Source: Phycisphaerae bacterium
GTDB lineage: Bacteria > Planctomycetota > Phycisphaerae > UBA1845
Length of the DNA: 64,000 bases
Assembly: GCA_963666835.2 (NCBI GenBank)
Contig: CAXXGO010000006.1
Location: forward strand, 1,472,001-1,536,000
Direction of reading: 5' to 3'
The notes beneath the pieces were generated by a model, which was not told where the DNA came from, ran no database searches, and saw nothing but the letters and a program-made list of their open reading frames with translations. Position 1 is the first letter of the stretch. Every line of letters begins with the position of its first letter. Positions 50,956-60,518 of this stretch are shown here, in pieces. Made by a program: the position numbers and the translations under genes.

Positions 50956-52110
50956 ATGATCTATCTCGACAACGCCGCGACTTCCTGGCCGAAACCCGAC
51001 GGTGTGAATGAAGCGATCACCCGGTTCCTTTGCGACGTGGGCGCCAACCCGGGACGTAGCGGCCACCGACTTGCCAACGAGGCCGAACGTATGCGCTTCG
51101 ACGCCCGCGAGGCCATCGCAGCGCTCTTTGGCCTTTCAGACCCGTTGCGAATCGTCTTCACACCCAACGCCACCGCGGCGCTTAACATCGTGATTCAGGG
51201 TCTCTTGCCGCCTGGTTCCCATGTCGTTGCAACCGGCATGGAGCACAACGCGGTCATGCGACCGCTCCGCATGATGGAGCAACGTGGTGTGTCGATCAGC
51301 ATCGCACCATGTGGGTGCGATGGCACCATGCGCGCATCGAGTGTTGACGAGCTGATTCGCCCAGACACTCGCCTCATTGTTGCGAACCACGCTTCAAACG
51401 TCAGCGGTACTCTGCTGCCCATCCGTCAGGTTGGGGATGTTGCCAGCGCGCGCGGTATCCCGCTTCTCGTCGATGCCGCCCAGACGGCCGGTTGTGTGCC
51501 GATCAACCTTGGCGCCGACAACATCGACCTTCTTGCCTTCACCGGTCACAAGGGGTTACTGGGCCCGACCGGCACCGGCGGCTTGGCCTTTCGCGACGAA
51601 TTTGACATTGGCCGCCTTCCTCCGCTGATCTACGGTGGAACCGGCAGCCGATCAGAGCACGAGGTACAACCCGACTTCCCACCGGATAAGTACGAGGGTG
51701 GCACATCCAACATTCTCGGGTTAGCTGGTCTGGCGGCCAGTGTTCGCTACGTCCTGGATCGCGGTGTCGAGGCCGTCCGCGCCTATGAGGCGGGGCTCAT
51801 TGGCCGGTTGATCGACGGGCTGGCCCGCATCCCGCGCATCACCATTGTCGGACCGTGCGACCCCGACAGACAGACCGGGATCGTTTCCATCGTGATCGAC
51901 GGCATGCTCTGCTCCGAGGCGGCTTTGGCCATGGACGAGCGGTTCGACATCATGTGCCGCCCGGGTCTTCACTGTGCACCGCTGGCTCACAGATCACTCG
52001 GCACTCTGCCGGACGGCACGGTTCGCTTTGCTCCCGGGCCGTTCACAACTGAGGGTGAGATTGACCAGGCTATCGCCGCCGTAGCAAAGATCGCCGGGGG
52101 CGACACATGA
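50956..52110 (+). CDS. Class V PLP aminotransferase (cysteine desulfurase/selenocysteine lyase-like)
   Basis: IYLDNAATSWPKP, DAAQTAG, FTGHKGLLGP, RPGLHCAP. Confidence 0.93.
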   Translation: MIYLDNAATSWPKPDGVNEAITRFLCDVGANPGRSGHRLANEAERMRFDAREAIAALFGLSDPLRIVFTPNATAALNIVIQGLLPPGSHVVATGMEHNAVMRPLRMMEQRGVSISIAPCGCDGTMRASSVDELIRPDTRLIVANHASNVSGTLLPIRQVGDVASARGIPLLVDAAQTAGCVPINLGADNIDLLAFTGHKGLLGPTGTGGLAFRDEFDIGRLPPLIYGGTGSRSEHEVQPDFPPDKYEGGTSNILGLAGLAASVRYVLDRGVEAVRAYEAGLIGRLIDGLARIPRITIVGPCDPDRQTGIVSIVIDGMLCSEAALAMDERFDIMCRPGLHCAPLAHRSLGTLPDGTVRFAPGPFTTEGEIDQAIAAVAKIAGGDT

Positions 52111-52328
52111 ATAAGTATGCCGTCATCCTGGTCCACAGCACCAGCCACGCCATCCAGGCGGAGCGCGTGCTGAAGAGGGCCAACCTTCTCGTCAAGCTGA
52201 TTCCGACGCCGCGGCACCTCAGTAGCGACTGTGGCTCGGCGATTCGCATCGACGCTGCGGACCAGGAGGCCAGCACTGCAGTGCTGAAGCAGGCCGGCGT
52301 TCCGATTCAGCGAGTCGAACCTCTGTGA
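52107..52328 (+). CDS. DUF3343-like small protein
   Basis: STSHAIQAERVL, IPTPRHLSSDCG; ATGA overlap. Confidence 0.85.
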   Translation: MNKYAVILVHSTSHAIQAERVLKRANLLVKLIPTPRHLSSDCGSAIRIDAADQEASTAVLKQAGVPIQRVEPL

Positions 52329-52343
52329 CAGTGGAACCTTAAC

Positions 52344-53402
52344 ATGAACGCGAACACGCCAATACGACTGACACAGCTGACAACGGCCGCGGGGTGAGCC
52401 GCCAAGATGGCGCCTGACGCGCTGGCGCAGGTACTGCGCCCCCTAGCCGGTATGTTCTCGGTCGATCAGTTCCCCCAGCTTCTGGTTGGGTTAGGGGGTA
52501 CCGACGATGCAGCCGTGTACAAAGTCACGGATGACGTGGCTCTCATCGCCACTCTCGACTTCTTCACTCCGATTGTCGATGACCCCTACCAGTACGGCGC
52601 CGTCGCGGCCACCAACGCCCTCAGCGATATCTATGCCATGGGAGGCGAGGTTGCGATTGCTCTGAACATATGCTGCCTCTCCGAGTGCCTGCCGGTTGAC
52701 ATCATCAGCGAGATCCTGCGTGGCGGAGCTGACAAGGTCCACGAGGCTGGCGGGGTCCTCGCGGGCGGTCATTCCGTTGACGATAAGGAGCCCAAATACG
52801 GCCTGGCCGCGATCGGCTTTGTCCATCCAGACCGGGTGCTTACCAAGAACGGTGCCAGGCACGGCGATGTTCTCGTGCTCACCAAACCGCTGGGCGTCGG
52901 CATCATCAGCACCGCCTTCAAGGCCGATCATGCGCGTCCTGAGCACATGACGGCGGCCGTCGAATCCATGCTCAGGCTCAACCGCACTGCGTCGCAATTG
53001 CTTCAAGCACATGGCGCCCGTGCCTGCACTGACGTCACCGGTTTTGCTCTCCTCGGCCATTGCTCTGAGTTGGCCGAGAAGAGTGACGTGTGCCTTCGCA
53101 TTCATGCCACTACCATACCTTTCCTGCCGGGCGCCGAAGAATATGCCGACAGCTGGCTGTTTCCCGGCGGCACTGCGCGCAACAAGCACGCATATCAATC
53201 GCGCGTTCGCGTGGCCGACGGCGTCATCGAAGAAGTCGAACAGTTGCTCTACACGCCGGAGACCTCCGGCGGCCTGATCGCGACGATCCCGGCAGACCGG
53301 CTCGATGACCTGAAGTCCGCCTTCGACGCTGCCAGGCACCCCCTGTGGGTGATCGGCGAGGTGAGCGCCGCCTCCGATCATCACATCGAGATCATTCCTT
53401 GA
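52344..53402 (+). CDS. selD: Selenophosphate synthetase, selenocysteine form (UGA 52395-52397 = Sec18)
   Basis: IRLTQLTTAAG-U-AAKM at the catalytic G(C/U)xxK; DDAAVY, DFFTPIVDDP, NALSDIYAMGG, TDVTGF, PETSGGL. Confidence 0.95.
52424..52440 (+). promoter_or_regulatory. Probable SECIS hairpin of selD
   Basis: GGCGCAG-GUA-CUGCGCC perfect 7-bp stem; G-starting loop 33 nt after the UGA. Confidence 0.6.
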
Positions 53403-53445
53403 CACACGATGCACTCACGCGCGCCGTTCGGCAATCGTCTTCCGT

Positions 53446-53670
53446 CTAATCTTGGACATGAAAGGTGATCGACGCCCAGAAACTCTCCCAGTCAGCCGCA
53501 GGCGAGCCTTTGTTGCCCTCGTTCACGTCCCTGATTCGCCTGATGAGGTGAGTCCGGAAGAACCAGACACCAGCGCGCTCCAGAGTCAGGGTAGCCTCTC
53601 CGTTCGCATCGGTAAGAACGTTTTCGACGTAATCGTGTGATTCCGACTTTCGGTGCGTGTGCGTGACCAA
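53446..53670 (-). pseudogene. 3' fragment of a DUF4198-like gene
   Basis: TDANGEATLTLERAGVWFFR..ADWESFWASITF resembles the DUF4198 C-terminus; N-terminal part absent. Confidence 0.6.
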
Positions 53671-53759
53671 GTGTCGCTTGACGAGTGTAAACATAACGTC
53701 CATCATTCTGTCCTCGTCATGCTCAACATGCTGGTTTTGGTTAGTCTCTGCAGAACAAG

Positions 53760-53828
53760 AGCTTACACATAAACGCGGGTGTGGCAGTAGGTTACGTTCT
53801 CGGCGTCCATCACGCTCATAACCCGGAG
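53760..53828 (+). repeat. 69-bp direct repeat, right copy (tRNA-Met-like 3' part)
   Basis: Matches 49167-49235; ends GCTCATAACCCGGAG and is followed by GGTTCAATCC. Confidence 0.92.
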
Positions 53829-53880
53829 GGTTCAATCCAGATCGGCGACGAACGGTTAGGACGGATACACCGGCTGTCGA

Positions 53881-55584
53881 TTACGCGTCAGCATCAGCAT
53901 CGCCGGCGGAGCGGGTGGCCAGATGTCGCGCGGCGGGAGTGCCTTGCATCGCGTCGCAGAGGGTCTGCCACGCGGCTTGGGCTCTGTCGAGCAGGCCCAT
54001 GTCCTGCAGGCAGAGAGCGAGATTCGCGACGTAATCCACCTTCTCCGGGGCTTCGGCGGCGGCGGTTTCGAACTGCTCCAGAGCCGAGGCGAACTCCCCG
54101 CGATCGGCGAACATCAAACCCAGTTGGTAATGCAGGTCCACCGACTCCTGGTCGACCCGCATAGCCCGCTCGACCGCGCAAACTGCCGCTTTAGTGTCAC
54201 CCGCTTCGCGAAGGGCCAGACCCAGCTTGGCGAGCGCCTTGGAGTAGTTCGGGTTGATCCTCACCGCTTCGCCGAAAGCTCTGATAGCCCCGGTCAAATC
54301 GCCCACATGACGCAACAGCATACCCAGTTGATAGTGCAGGTCGGCGTGGTCCGGATGCTCGCGAAGCGTCGTGCGCAGATTGTGGATCTGCCGATCGATC
54401 ATCTCCGAGATTCCCGAGCCGGGCGGACCTTCCGGAGTATCGACGACCGCTCGCGGCGAAAGGTATTTCTTGTGCTGCTCGGCCCCCGACAGCAGCAGTT
54501 GCAGGCGAGCAGTCTCGGCGAAAAGTAGAGTACTGTTCGGCTCGATGCCGGCGGCCATTTCGAAACTGGCTTTGGCGTCCGCGGTTCGGCCCAGACCTTG
54601 CTGCGCAACGCCCAGCCCGAGATACGCACTGAGGATCCGATCGTTGATCTCCACTGCCCGGCCGAACAGCCGCGCCGCCTCCATGTAATCGCCGCGGCGC
54701 AGGTAACCGGTCCCGGCCTTGACCGCAGCTTCGAGATAGTCCGGATTAAGCCGCACCGCCTGAACAAAGGCCTCCAACGCCTCGGGTTCGCGACCGGCCC
54801 GCCGGTAGACATCCCCCAACTGCAGGTACTGCTCGGCACATTCCGGACGTTGCTCGATCAGCTCGTTCAGCGCCGCCGCGGCTTCGTCAAACCTCCCCGC
54901 ATTGACGCACGCGGTAACCAGATCCGCCTGGGCCTCCCAATTGTCGGGGTCCATGGCCAGCGCGAACTGGAATCGCTCAATCGCATCTTCGAAAAGACCC
55001 ATACGGACGTACAGGTTCGCCAGAGTAAGTGACGCTGGTATGTCATCCGGCTCACAGCGGCAGAGGTACTCATAATGAACGACGGCCAGGTTGACCTCGT
55101 CCAGCTTCAGGTAGATTGCCGCCATTCGCTCATGGGCATTGCGGAGCTGCGGGATTGCGTCGAGCGCCGTCTCGTAGGAAGTCAAAGCCGCTTCCGCATC
55201 ACCGAGCTTCTCTTGGCAGAACCCCAGCCCGAACCAGGCCGCTCCGTCTTCGGGAAGCTGCCGAAGGACGATCTCCAGTTGCTCGACGGCGGCCCGGGTT
55301 CGGCCTTGCTCGTCATGAGTGCACGCAAGTCCCAGTCGGGCAACGTGATCAAACTCATCCAGCCGCAGCGCTTTGGTGAACTCATCTTGCGCTCGGCAGA
55401 ACTGCCGGTCTTCGAGCATTCGAATGCCCATCCGGCGCCGGTACTCCGCTTGTTGAGGGTTCTGCTCGATACGAACGGCCAACTCGCGCGTGGAGAGTCG
55501 GCCGTCATCGTGCAGCAGATCACGAAACGCCGCGGAGAGCTCCGCAAGAAGACCCCGCCCGAGGATTTCCAGCAGGTGCGACAT
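53881..55584 (-). CDS. Tetratricopeptide repeat protein
   Basis: Many TPR motifs (e.g. PDHADLHYQLGMLL, INPNYSKALAKLGLAL). Confidence 0.88.
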   Translation of the reverse strand: MSHLLEILGRGLLAELSAAFRDLLHDDGRLSTRELAVRIEQNPQQAEYRRRMGIRMLEDRQFCRAQDEFTKALRLDEFDHVARLGLACTHDEQGRTRAAVEQLEIVLRQLPEDGAAWFGLGFCQEKLGDAEAALTSYETALDAIPQLRNAHERMAAIYLKLDEVNLAVVHYEYLCRCEPDDIPASLTLANLYVRMGLFEDAIERFQFALAMDPDNWEAQADLVTACVNAGRFDEAAAALNELIEQRPECAEQYLQLGDVYRRAGREPEALEAFVQAVRLNPDYLEAAVKAGTGYLRRGDYMEAARLFGRAVEINDRILSAYLGLGVAQQGLGRTADAKASFEMAAGIEPNSTLLFAETARLQLLLSGAEQHKKYLSPRAVVDTPEGPPGSGISEMIDRQIHNLRTTLREHPDHADLHYQLGMLLRHVGDLTGAIRAFGEAVRINPNYSKALAKLGLALREAGDTKAAVCAVERAMRVDQESVDLHYQLGLMFADRGEFASALEQFETAAAEAPEKVDYVANLALCLQDMGLLDRAQAAWQTLCDAMQGTPAARHLATRSAGDADADA

Positions 55585-55601
55585 CGGGCCCCCAGAGAGG
55601 A

Positions 55602-56804
55602 TTAGGACGACAATGCCGCCAGCGCGTTCCGCGCGGCCGCAAAGCTCCCGTTCAGGTCCAGAGCATGTTCATAGGCGTCGCGCGCCCGGGTGACCTCGCC
55701 GCCCTGGCGGTAGACGTTGCCCAACATGAAATAGACATCGGGGTACTCCGCCCCGGCAGCCACGGCCTGCTCCAGCCGAGTAGCGGCATCCGCATTCCGA
55801 TCGGTGCGATGATAGAGCCGCCCAAGCTCGATAAGCGCGCGGGTGAACCTCGGATCGAGTTTCACCGCTCGTTCGTTTCGGTTGATCGCCTCGTCATGCC
55901 GCCCCAGCCGCTCCAGCACGCGGCCGCAGTGGAAGTGCAGCTCGGCGTGTTCCGGCTGCCGCTCCAACGCCACCTCCAGGGTACGAAGCAACATGGCGAA
56001 GATCCGCGGGCCCGCCATTCCGGACGGCAAAGACAGAAAAGCATCAACGAAGCCTGGATCCTGTTGGATTACGGATGATAACTCGTCCACACCGCGGCAA
56101 TCAGCCTCCAACTCATCCTCCGGCATGACCGCCCGAACGCGGTGATCTTCACCTTGTTCGCTAACAGCCTTGGCGGCCTGGGCCAGCAGCAGCCCGATGC
56201 GAGCGTCATAAGGCCTGCGAGACTGGGCGCGCTGCAGAAGCTTAAACGCCTCGTCGGGGGCGTTACGAACCCCGCAACACATCGCCAAGCTGACCAGAGA
56301 ATCCGTGTGGTCGCCGTCGAGGTTCAAGGCCTGCGTAAACCGTAACTCTGCTTCGTCGTAGCGCTCTACCAACGTCAGTAGCGTGCCAAGCTGGAAGTGC
56401 AGTTCCGCATGTTCCGGGTTGATGCTGATAGCCGCCCGCAGGGTCGTGATTGCTTCATCGCGCATTCCTGCCGCCCATTGGCTAAGCGCTTGCCGTATCC
56501 GCAATTCCGCGCGCGAAGGATGCGCATCGACCGCCTTGGCCATTGTGTCGGCGGCGTCTGTTGGCTGCCCCTTGGCGAGATAGCACGCGGCTAAGTACGA
56601 GGGCAGCGATCGGTCCACGCACCCCAGCTCGGCGGCGCGCGAGAACGCCTCCACGGCCTGCGTATGCTGCCCCACATTGAGCAGGCAGATTCCGCGGCGA
56701 ACCTCTCGAGACGCCTCGAAATGCCGTTGAATAACCTCGAGAAGGGTATCAGCCTCAAGCACCGGCTGCTCCGTTAGTACTGCCGTTGGCGCGTTATCGG
56801 ACAT
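55602..56804 (-). CDS. Tetratricopeptide repeat protein
   Basis: TPR motifs (PEHAELHFQLG, YPDVYFMLGNVY). Confidence 0.88.
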   Translation of the reverse strand: MSDNAPTAVLTEQPVLEADTLLEVIQRHFEASREVRRGICLLNVGQHTQAVEAFSRAAELGCVDRSLPSYLAACYLAKGQPTDAADTMAKAVDAHPSRAELRIRQALSQWAAGMRDEAITTLRAAISINPEHAELHFQLGTLLTLVERYDEAELRFTQALNLDGDHTDSLVSLAMCCGVRNAPDEAFKLLQRAQSRRPYDARIGLLLAQAAKAVSEQGEDHRVRAVMPEDELEADCRGVDELSSVIQQDPGFVDAFLSLPSGMAGPRIFAMLLRTLEVALERQPEHAELHFHCGRVLERLGRHDEAINRNERAVKLDPRFTRALIELGRLYHRTDRNADAATRLEQAVAAGAEYPDVYFMLGNVYRQGGEVTRARDAYEHALDLNGSFAAARNALAALSS

Positions 56805-57052
56805 GGTGGGCTCGCTCCCGTTGCCTCAGTTAGGTCTCCGTCTCGCCCGATATATCGGAAGTTCCTCCCGCGAGGGTTACTAGGGAACATCGTTATCATA
56901 CCGCACCGTGCCACTGCTGCCGATAAACGAGACCGTTGTCTGTTTCCAGGAGTTCAATTATCGGACCACGGCCTACCTGACAGCGCCGCCATACTGGACA
57001 GCATCCAGGGTCGCCTCTACGCTGCTTCGACGTTGCCAAACGAGGATCGCTT

Positions 57053-58522
57053 ATGCTCGTCGACGCACTGCTTGAAACCCAACGCCGGAGTCCGGCCCGG
57101 CTTGCTGTTGCGGACGGGACCAGGGGACTGACCTACCGACAGTTGGCCCGTTTGGCTGCGGTGCTCCGCAAGATCATCGCTCGCGAGACATCCGCCAATC
57201 GGGTCGGAATCATGCTTCCGGCCTCCGCGGCGTTCCCGGCCGTTCTCTTCGGAGCGCTTTGGGCCGGCAGGACTGCTGTTCCCTTGAACTTCCTGTTAAA
57301 CGACGAGGAACTCTCCCCTTCAATCGACGACGCACACCTCGACCTAATCGTCACAACTCGCCACTTCGCCAAGCTCGCCGCGAAACTCCCGGCACGCGCC
57401 GTTTTCCTGGAAGACCTTCCCCTGAAGCGTGGAATGGTCTTCGCCTCGCTGAGGCGCTTGCCCAAGCCTCCGCAGATCGATGCGGACGAGACGGCCGTGG
57501 TCCTGTTCACGTCCGGAACAACGGCACGCCCTCGCGGCGTGGAACTTACGTATACTAATCTGTATTCAAACTGCGTCGACCTTTTGCACTCTCTTAATAT
57601 AGAGGCCCCGCAGAGGTTCTTGAACATTCTGCCCCCGTTTCACGTGTTTGGGCTGACGGCCAATGTGCTCGCCCCGGTGGTTCTGGGGGCTACCGTTTTC
57701 GCGATCCCCCGTTTCAATCCGGCGGCCGTGCTCAAGACGGCGGCGAAGGAGCACATCTCGATCATCCTGGCGATTCCCAGCATGTACGCCGCCATGCTCC
57801 GCTCGAAATCCGCCCCGGCCGAAGCGTTGAAGTCGATCTTCCTCGCCGTCAGCGGGGGAGAGCCTCTGCCGGACAGAGTGCGCACCGGAATGCGCGAGAA
57901 GTTCGGCGTATCACTGCACGAGGGCTACGGGCTGACCGAAACGTCTCCCGTGATCGCTGCTTCCAGCCCAACCGATTACCGGGACGGCACGGTCGGAAAG
58001 CCCCTCCGGAACGTGGAGATACTTGTGAAGGGAGACGACGGCCGCCCTGCGCCCGTGGGAACGGACGGCGAGATCTTCGTCCGGTCGCCCGGCGTCATGA
58101 AGGGCTACCTCGACCGGCCGGAAGATACTCGGCAAGCAATCGACGCGGACGGCTGGTTCGCAACCGGAGACCTCGGCCACTTGGATGCCGACGGGTTCCT
58201 GACTATCTCAGGTCGGGCCAAAGAGCTTTTGATCATCGGCGGAGAGAATGTCTTCCCCCGTGAAATCGAGAATGTTCTCGAGCAGCACGAGAGTGTGGTT
58301 CAGGCAACGGTGATCGGGGTCCCGGACGATCTACGGGGTGAGGTCCCGGTAGCGTTTGTAATACCCAAGCCAGAAAAGGACGTCGACGAGCAGGCGCTGC
58401 GTTCCTTTGCCAAGCAGTTTCTGGCGGGTTTCAAGGTCCCCCGCAGGATCATAATCCGGGAAGACCTCCCCAAAGGGCCGACCGGCAAGATCCAGAAACG
58501 CCGACTCCACGAGTTGCTCTAA
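57053..58522 (+). CDS. AMP-binding acyl-CoA synthetase / long-chain fatty acid-CoA ligase
   Basis: FTSGTT, EGYGLTET, GWFATGDLG, PKGPTGKI. Confidence 0.92.
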   Translation: MLVDALLETQRRSPARLAVADGTRGLTYRQLARLAAVLRKIIARETSANRVGIMLPASAAFPAVLFGALWAGRTAVPLNFLLNDEELSPSIDDAHLDLIVTTRHFAKLAAKLPARAVFLEDLPLKRGMVFASLRRLPKPPQIDADETAVVLFTSGTTARPRGVELTYTNLYSNCVDLLHSLNIEAPQRFLNILPPFHVFGLTANVLAPVVLGATVFAIPRFNPAAVLKTAAKEHISIILAIPSMYAAMLRSKSAPAEALKSIFLAVSGGEPLPDRVRTGMREKFGVSLHEGYGLTETSPVIAASSPTDYRDGTVGKPLRNVEILVKGDDGRPAPVGTDGEIFVRSPGVMKGYLDRPEDTRQAIDADGWFATGDLGHLDADGFLTISGRAKELLIIGGENVFPREIENVLEQHESVVQATVIGVPDDLRGEVPVAFVIPKPEKDVDEQALRSFAKQFLAGFKVPRRIIIREDLPKGPTGKIQKRRLHELL

Positions 58523-58580
58523 ACAGCCTTGGCCGACATCTCATTTACCGTTTGGCGGAAGTACGCCGCGCGCAAAGAAA

Positions 58581-58611
58581 CGGGCCGACCCGATCAGTTC
58601 GGAACGGCCCG
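58581..58611. terminator. Hairpin between convergent genes, probable terminator
   Basis: CGGGCCG..CCGA-tcagt-TCGG..CGGCCCG with A-rich flanks. Confidence 0.45.
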
Positions 58612-58652
58612 CGGAAAAGCGAAACGCGCTGCGCCGAGCGGCGCGGCCAAAC

Positions 58653-59519
58653 CTAGCGGCGACGGCGAAGCAGGCTCAGGCCGCCCAAACCGAGCAGCAT
58701 CAGCGTAGCGGGCTCCGGCACAACGGCCAACCCAGCGAAACCGTCGGAGAAGATCGTGCTATTGAAATTCCCAATCTTCGTGGCGACTCCGGTGTAGGGA
58801 TCGAACGAATAGAGCTCATTCGAGCCCGGAGCATTCGCGTCACTTATGGGGCCGCCCGTGGCGAAGAACCCGTAGTCACTGCCCAAAGCCATGCCGCCGA
58901 TCCCGCCGAAAACCGGTTCCGTGTAGGTGGTTATCGTGGAGGAGATCACTCCCGTTGTCGGATCGATCTCAACCAGCGAATTTGTGTAGCGATCGAGCCC
59001 GACCAACACGCCATCGTCGCGCCAGCCTAGTCCGTTGACGTCGCGGCGTACGCTGCTCATGTTGTCGAAGAAACCTATTTGCGTGCCGGCTCCGGTCGTC
59101 AAGTCCAGAGAGAGCAGCCTGGGGTACGTAACCGGTCCGAAATTGGTCGCATAGGCCGTGCCGTCTGAACCGAAGGCCAACGATCCTTCATATCCAGTCA
59201 GGCGGCCGGTGTCGAGATCGAGAACCTTTGTAGCGAGAGCGGTTGTCGGATCGATGGAGTACAACTGGGCATCCGTCGTTATCCCGTAAAGGATGCCGTC
59301 GGGTGACATCTCCAACGCCCCGAGATTGTCCACGCCGGTGTATCCGATTAGAGTGAGCGAGGCATCAGCGGTCGAAATGCTGAACAGCCTTCCGGTATCC
59401 TGCTCAACCCCAACGAGGTCGACCTGCGGGACCGGACTGCCTTGCACCACCGTGGGAACTAGCAGTGCCACGCACGCTAGCGCGAAAACCTGCGTACAAA
59501 CAGAAATGGACGGCTTCAT
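58653..59519 (-). CDS. PEP-CTERM sorting domain protein with beta-propeller-like repeats
   Basis: Signal peptide; C-terminal VPEPATLMLLGLGGLSLLRRRR. Confidence 0.92.
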   Translation of the reverse strand: MKPSISVCTQVFALACVALLVPTVVQGSPVPQVDLVGVEQDTGRLFSISTADASLTLIGYTGVDNLGALEMSPDGILYGITTDAQLYSIDPTTALATKVLDLDTGRLTGYEGSLAFGSDGTAYATNFGPVTYPRLLSLDLTTGAGTQIGFFDNMSSVRRDVNGLGWRDDGVLVGLDRYTNSLVEIDPTTGVISSTITTYTEPVFGGIGGMALGSDYGFFATGGPISDANAPGSNELYSFDPYTGVATKIGNFNSTIFSDGFAGLAVVPEPATLMLLGLGGLSLLRRRR

Positions 59520-60518
59520 CAGCTCTCCCCTTGTTCAATTATCCAAATCGACCATCGAGACGCGACACTTTCCCCGCCGCGTGCCAAAGTGAGGACCGGA
59601 GCACCCGCGCACAACCCACCGTGACGAATCCGATCCGGTATCTTTTATACGCCTGCCATCGGCGCACGTCAAGAACCAGCGGGCTCGCTCGTTATCCGGA
59701 ACAACCCTCGTAACGGTATTATGGCACCTTGGGCCCCCTTTTGCAAACCCCAGGAGAGGGCGGCCGCCGAAAATCACGGGCCGACGGAGGACGAAGCGCC
59801 CCGGCCGCTGGACAAACGCGTCCGGATTCAGCGGCGGTTGGCGCTCGCAAGGCGTACGAAGTCCGTCTTTGGGATCCGGAATCTCGGAGTATCCGAGACC
59901 ACCCCCTACGGCGGGATCAATGTGGAATCGGGCTATGTTCAACGCCGGATGCGCAGATTCTGCAGCGCGTCGATCACCTGCCGACGCGGGAGGTGTGCTG
60001 AGGCTGGTTGGCGGAGACCGGTGCATTCAGGGGCCAACATGCCCGGTGACTTCCGGTTGTTGAGTCGGCCTCACTCGTTGTCTCTCAGGGTTACGTCGTA
60101 GTCAAAATCCCGCCATACGCCCGCGTTATTCGCCGAACTGTCGGATGAATGCGAGGTGACAATTGCTCACTAGTTTACCCTCATGCGCGCGTTGTAGTGG
60201 AGAAGCTGGCACGGAACCTGAGCCGCGCGCTTGACACCGCTTGCAGGTTCGCCGATGCTTCAGAGGAAGATCGAGGGTCTTTCTGTCCGTCGATTGGCCA
60301 CCCTGATCGGGGAATGAGCCGGTTCGGAACGTAATGCTCGTTGGAGAATGGGCTCCCCGGTTGATGTTCGAGGCGATCAGGTCAAGTGGATTACGCAGGG
60401 CGAGTTGGCGGATGACGCATTCAATGGTGAGCGACGTGCTTGTGTCGCTGACCCGGTACCGGGAGACCGGTTCGGCGCAGGCAGTTACTACGACTCTGAA
60501 CATAGCGAGGTCATTGAA

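Noticed and set aside
53774..53850. Functional tRNA-Met gene
   Set aside because: The anticodon and acceptor stems do not pair; kept only as an att-like remnant.
53817..53862. Integron attC-like TCATAAC...GTTAGGA pairing
   Set aside because: Only ~46 bp, the interior is not palindromic, and there is no intI in the window.
59740..59810. c-di-GMP-I riboswitch-like GCAAACC...CACGGGCC
   Set aside because: No GNRA-capped P2 or closing P1/P3 pairing, and ~700 bp from the downstream gene; an Rfam search would settle it.
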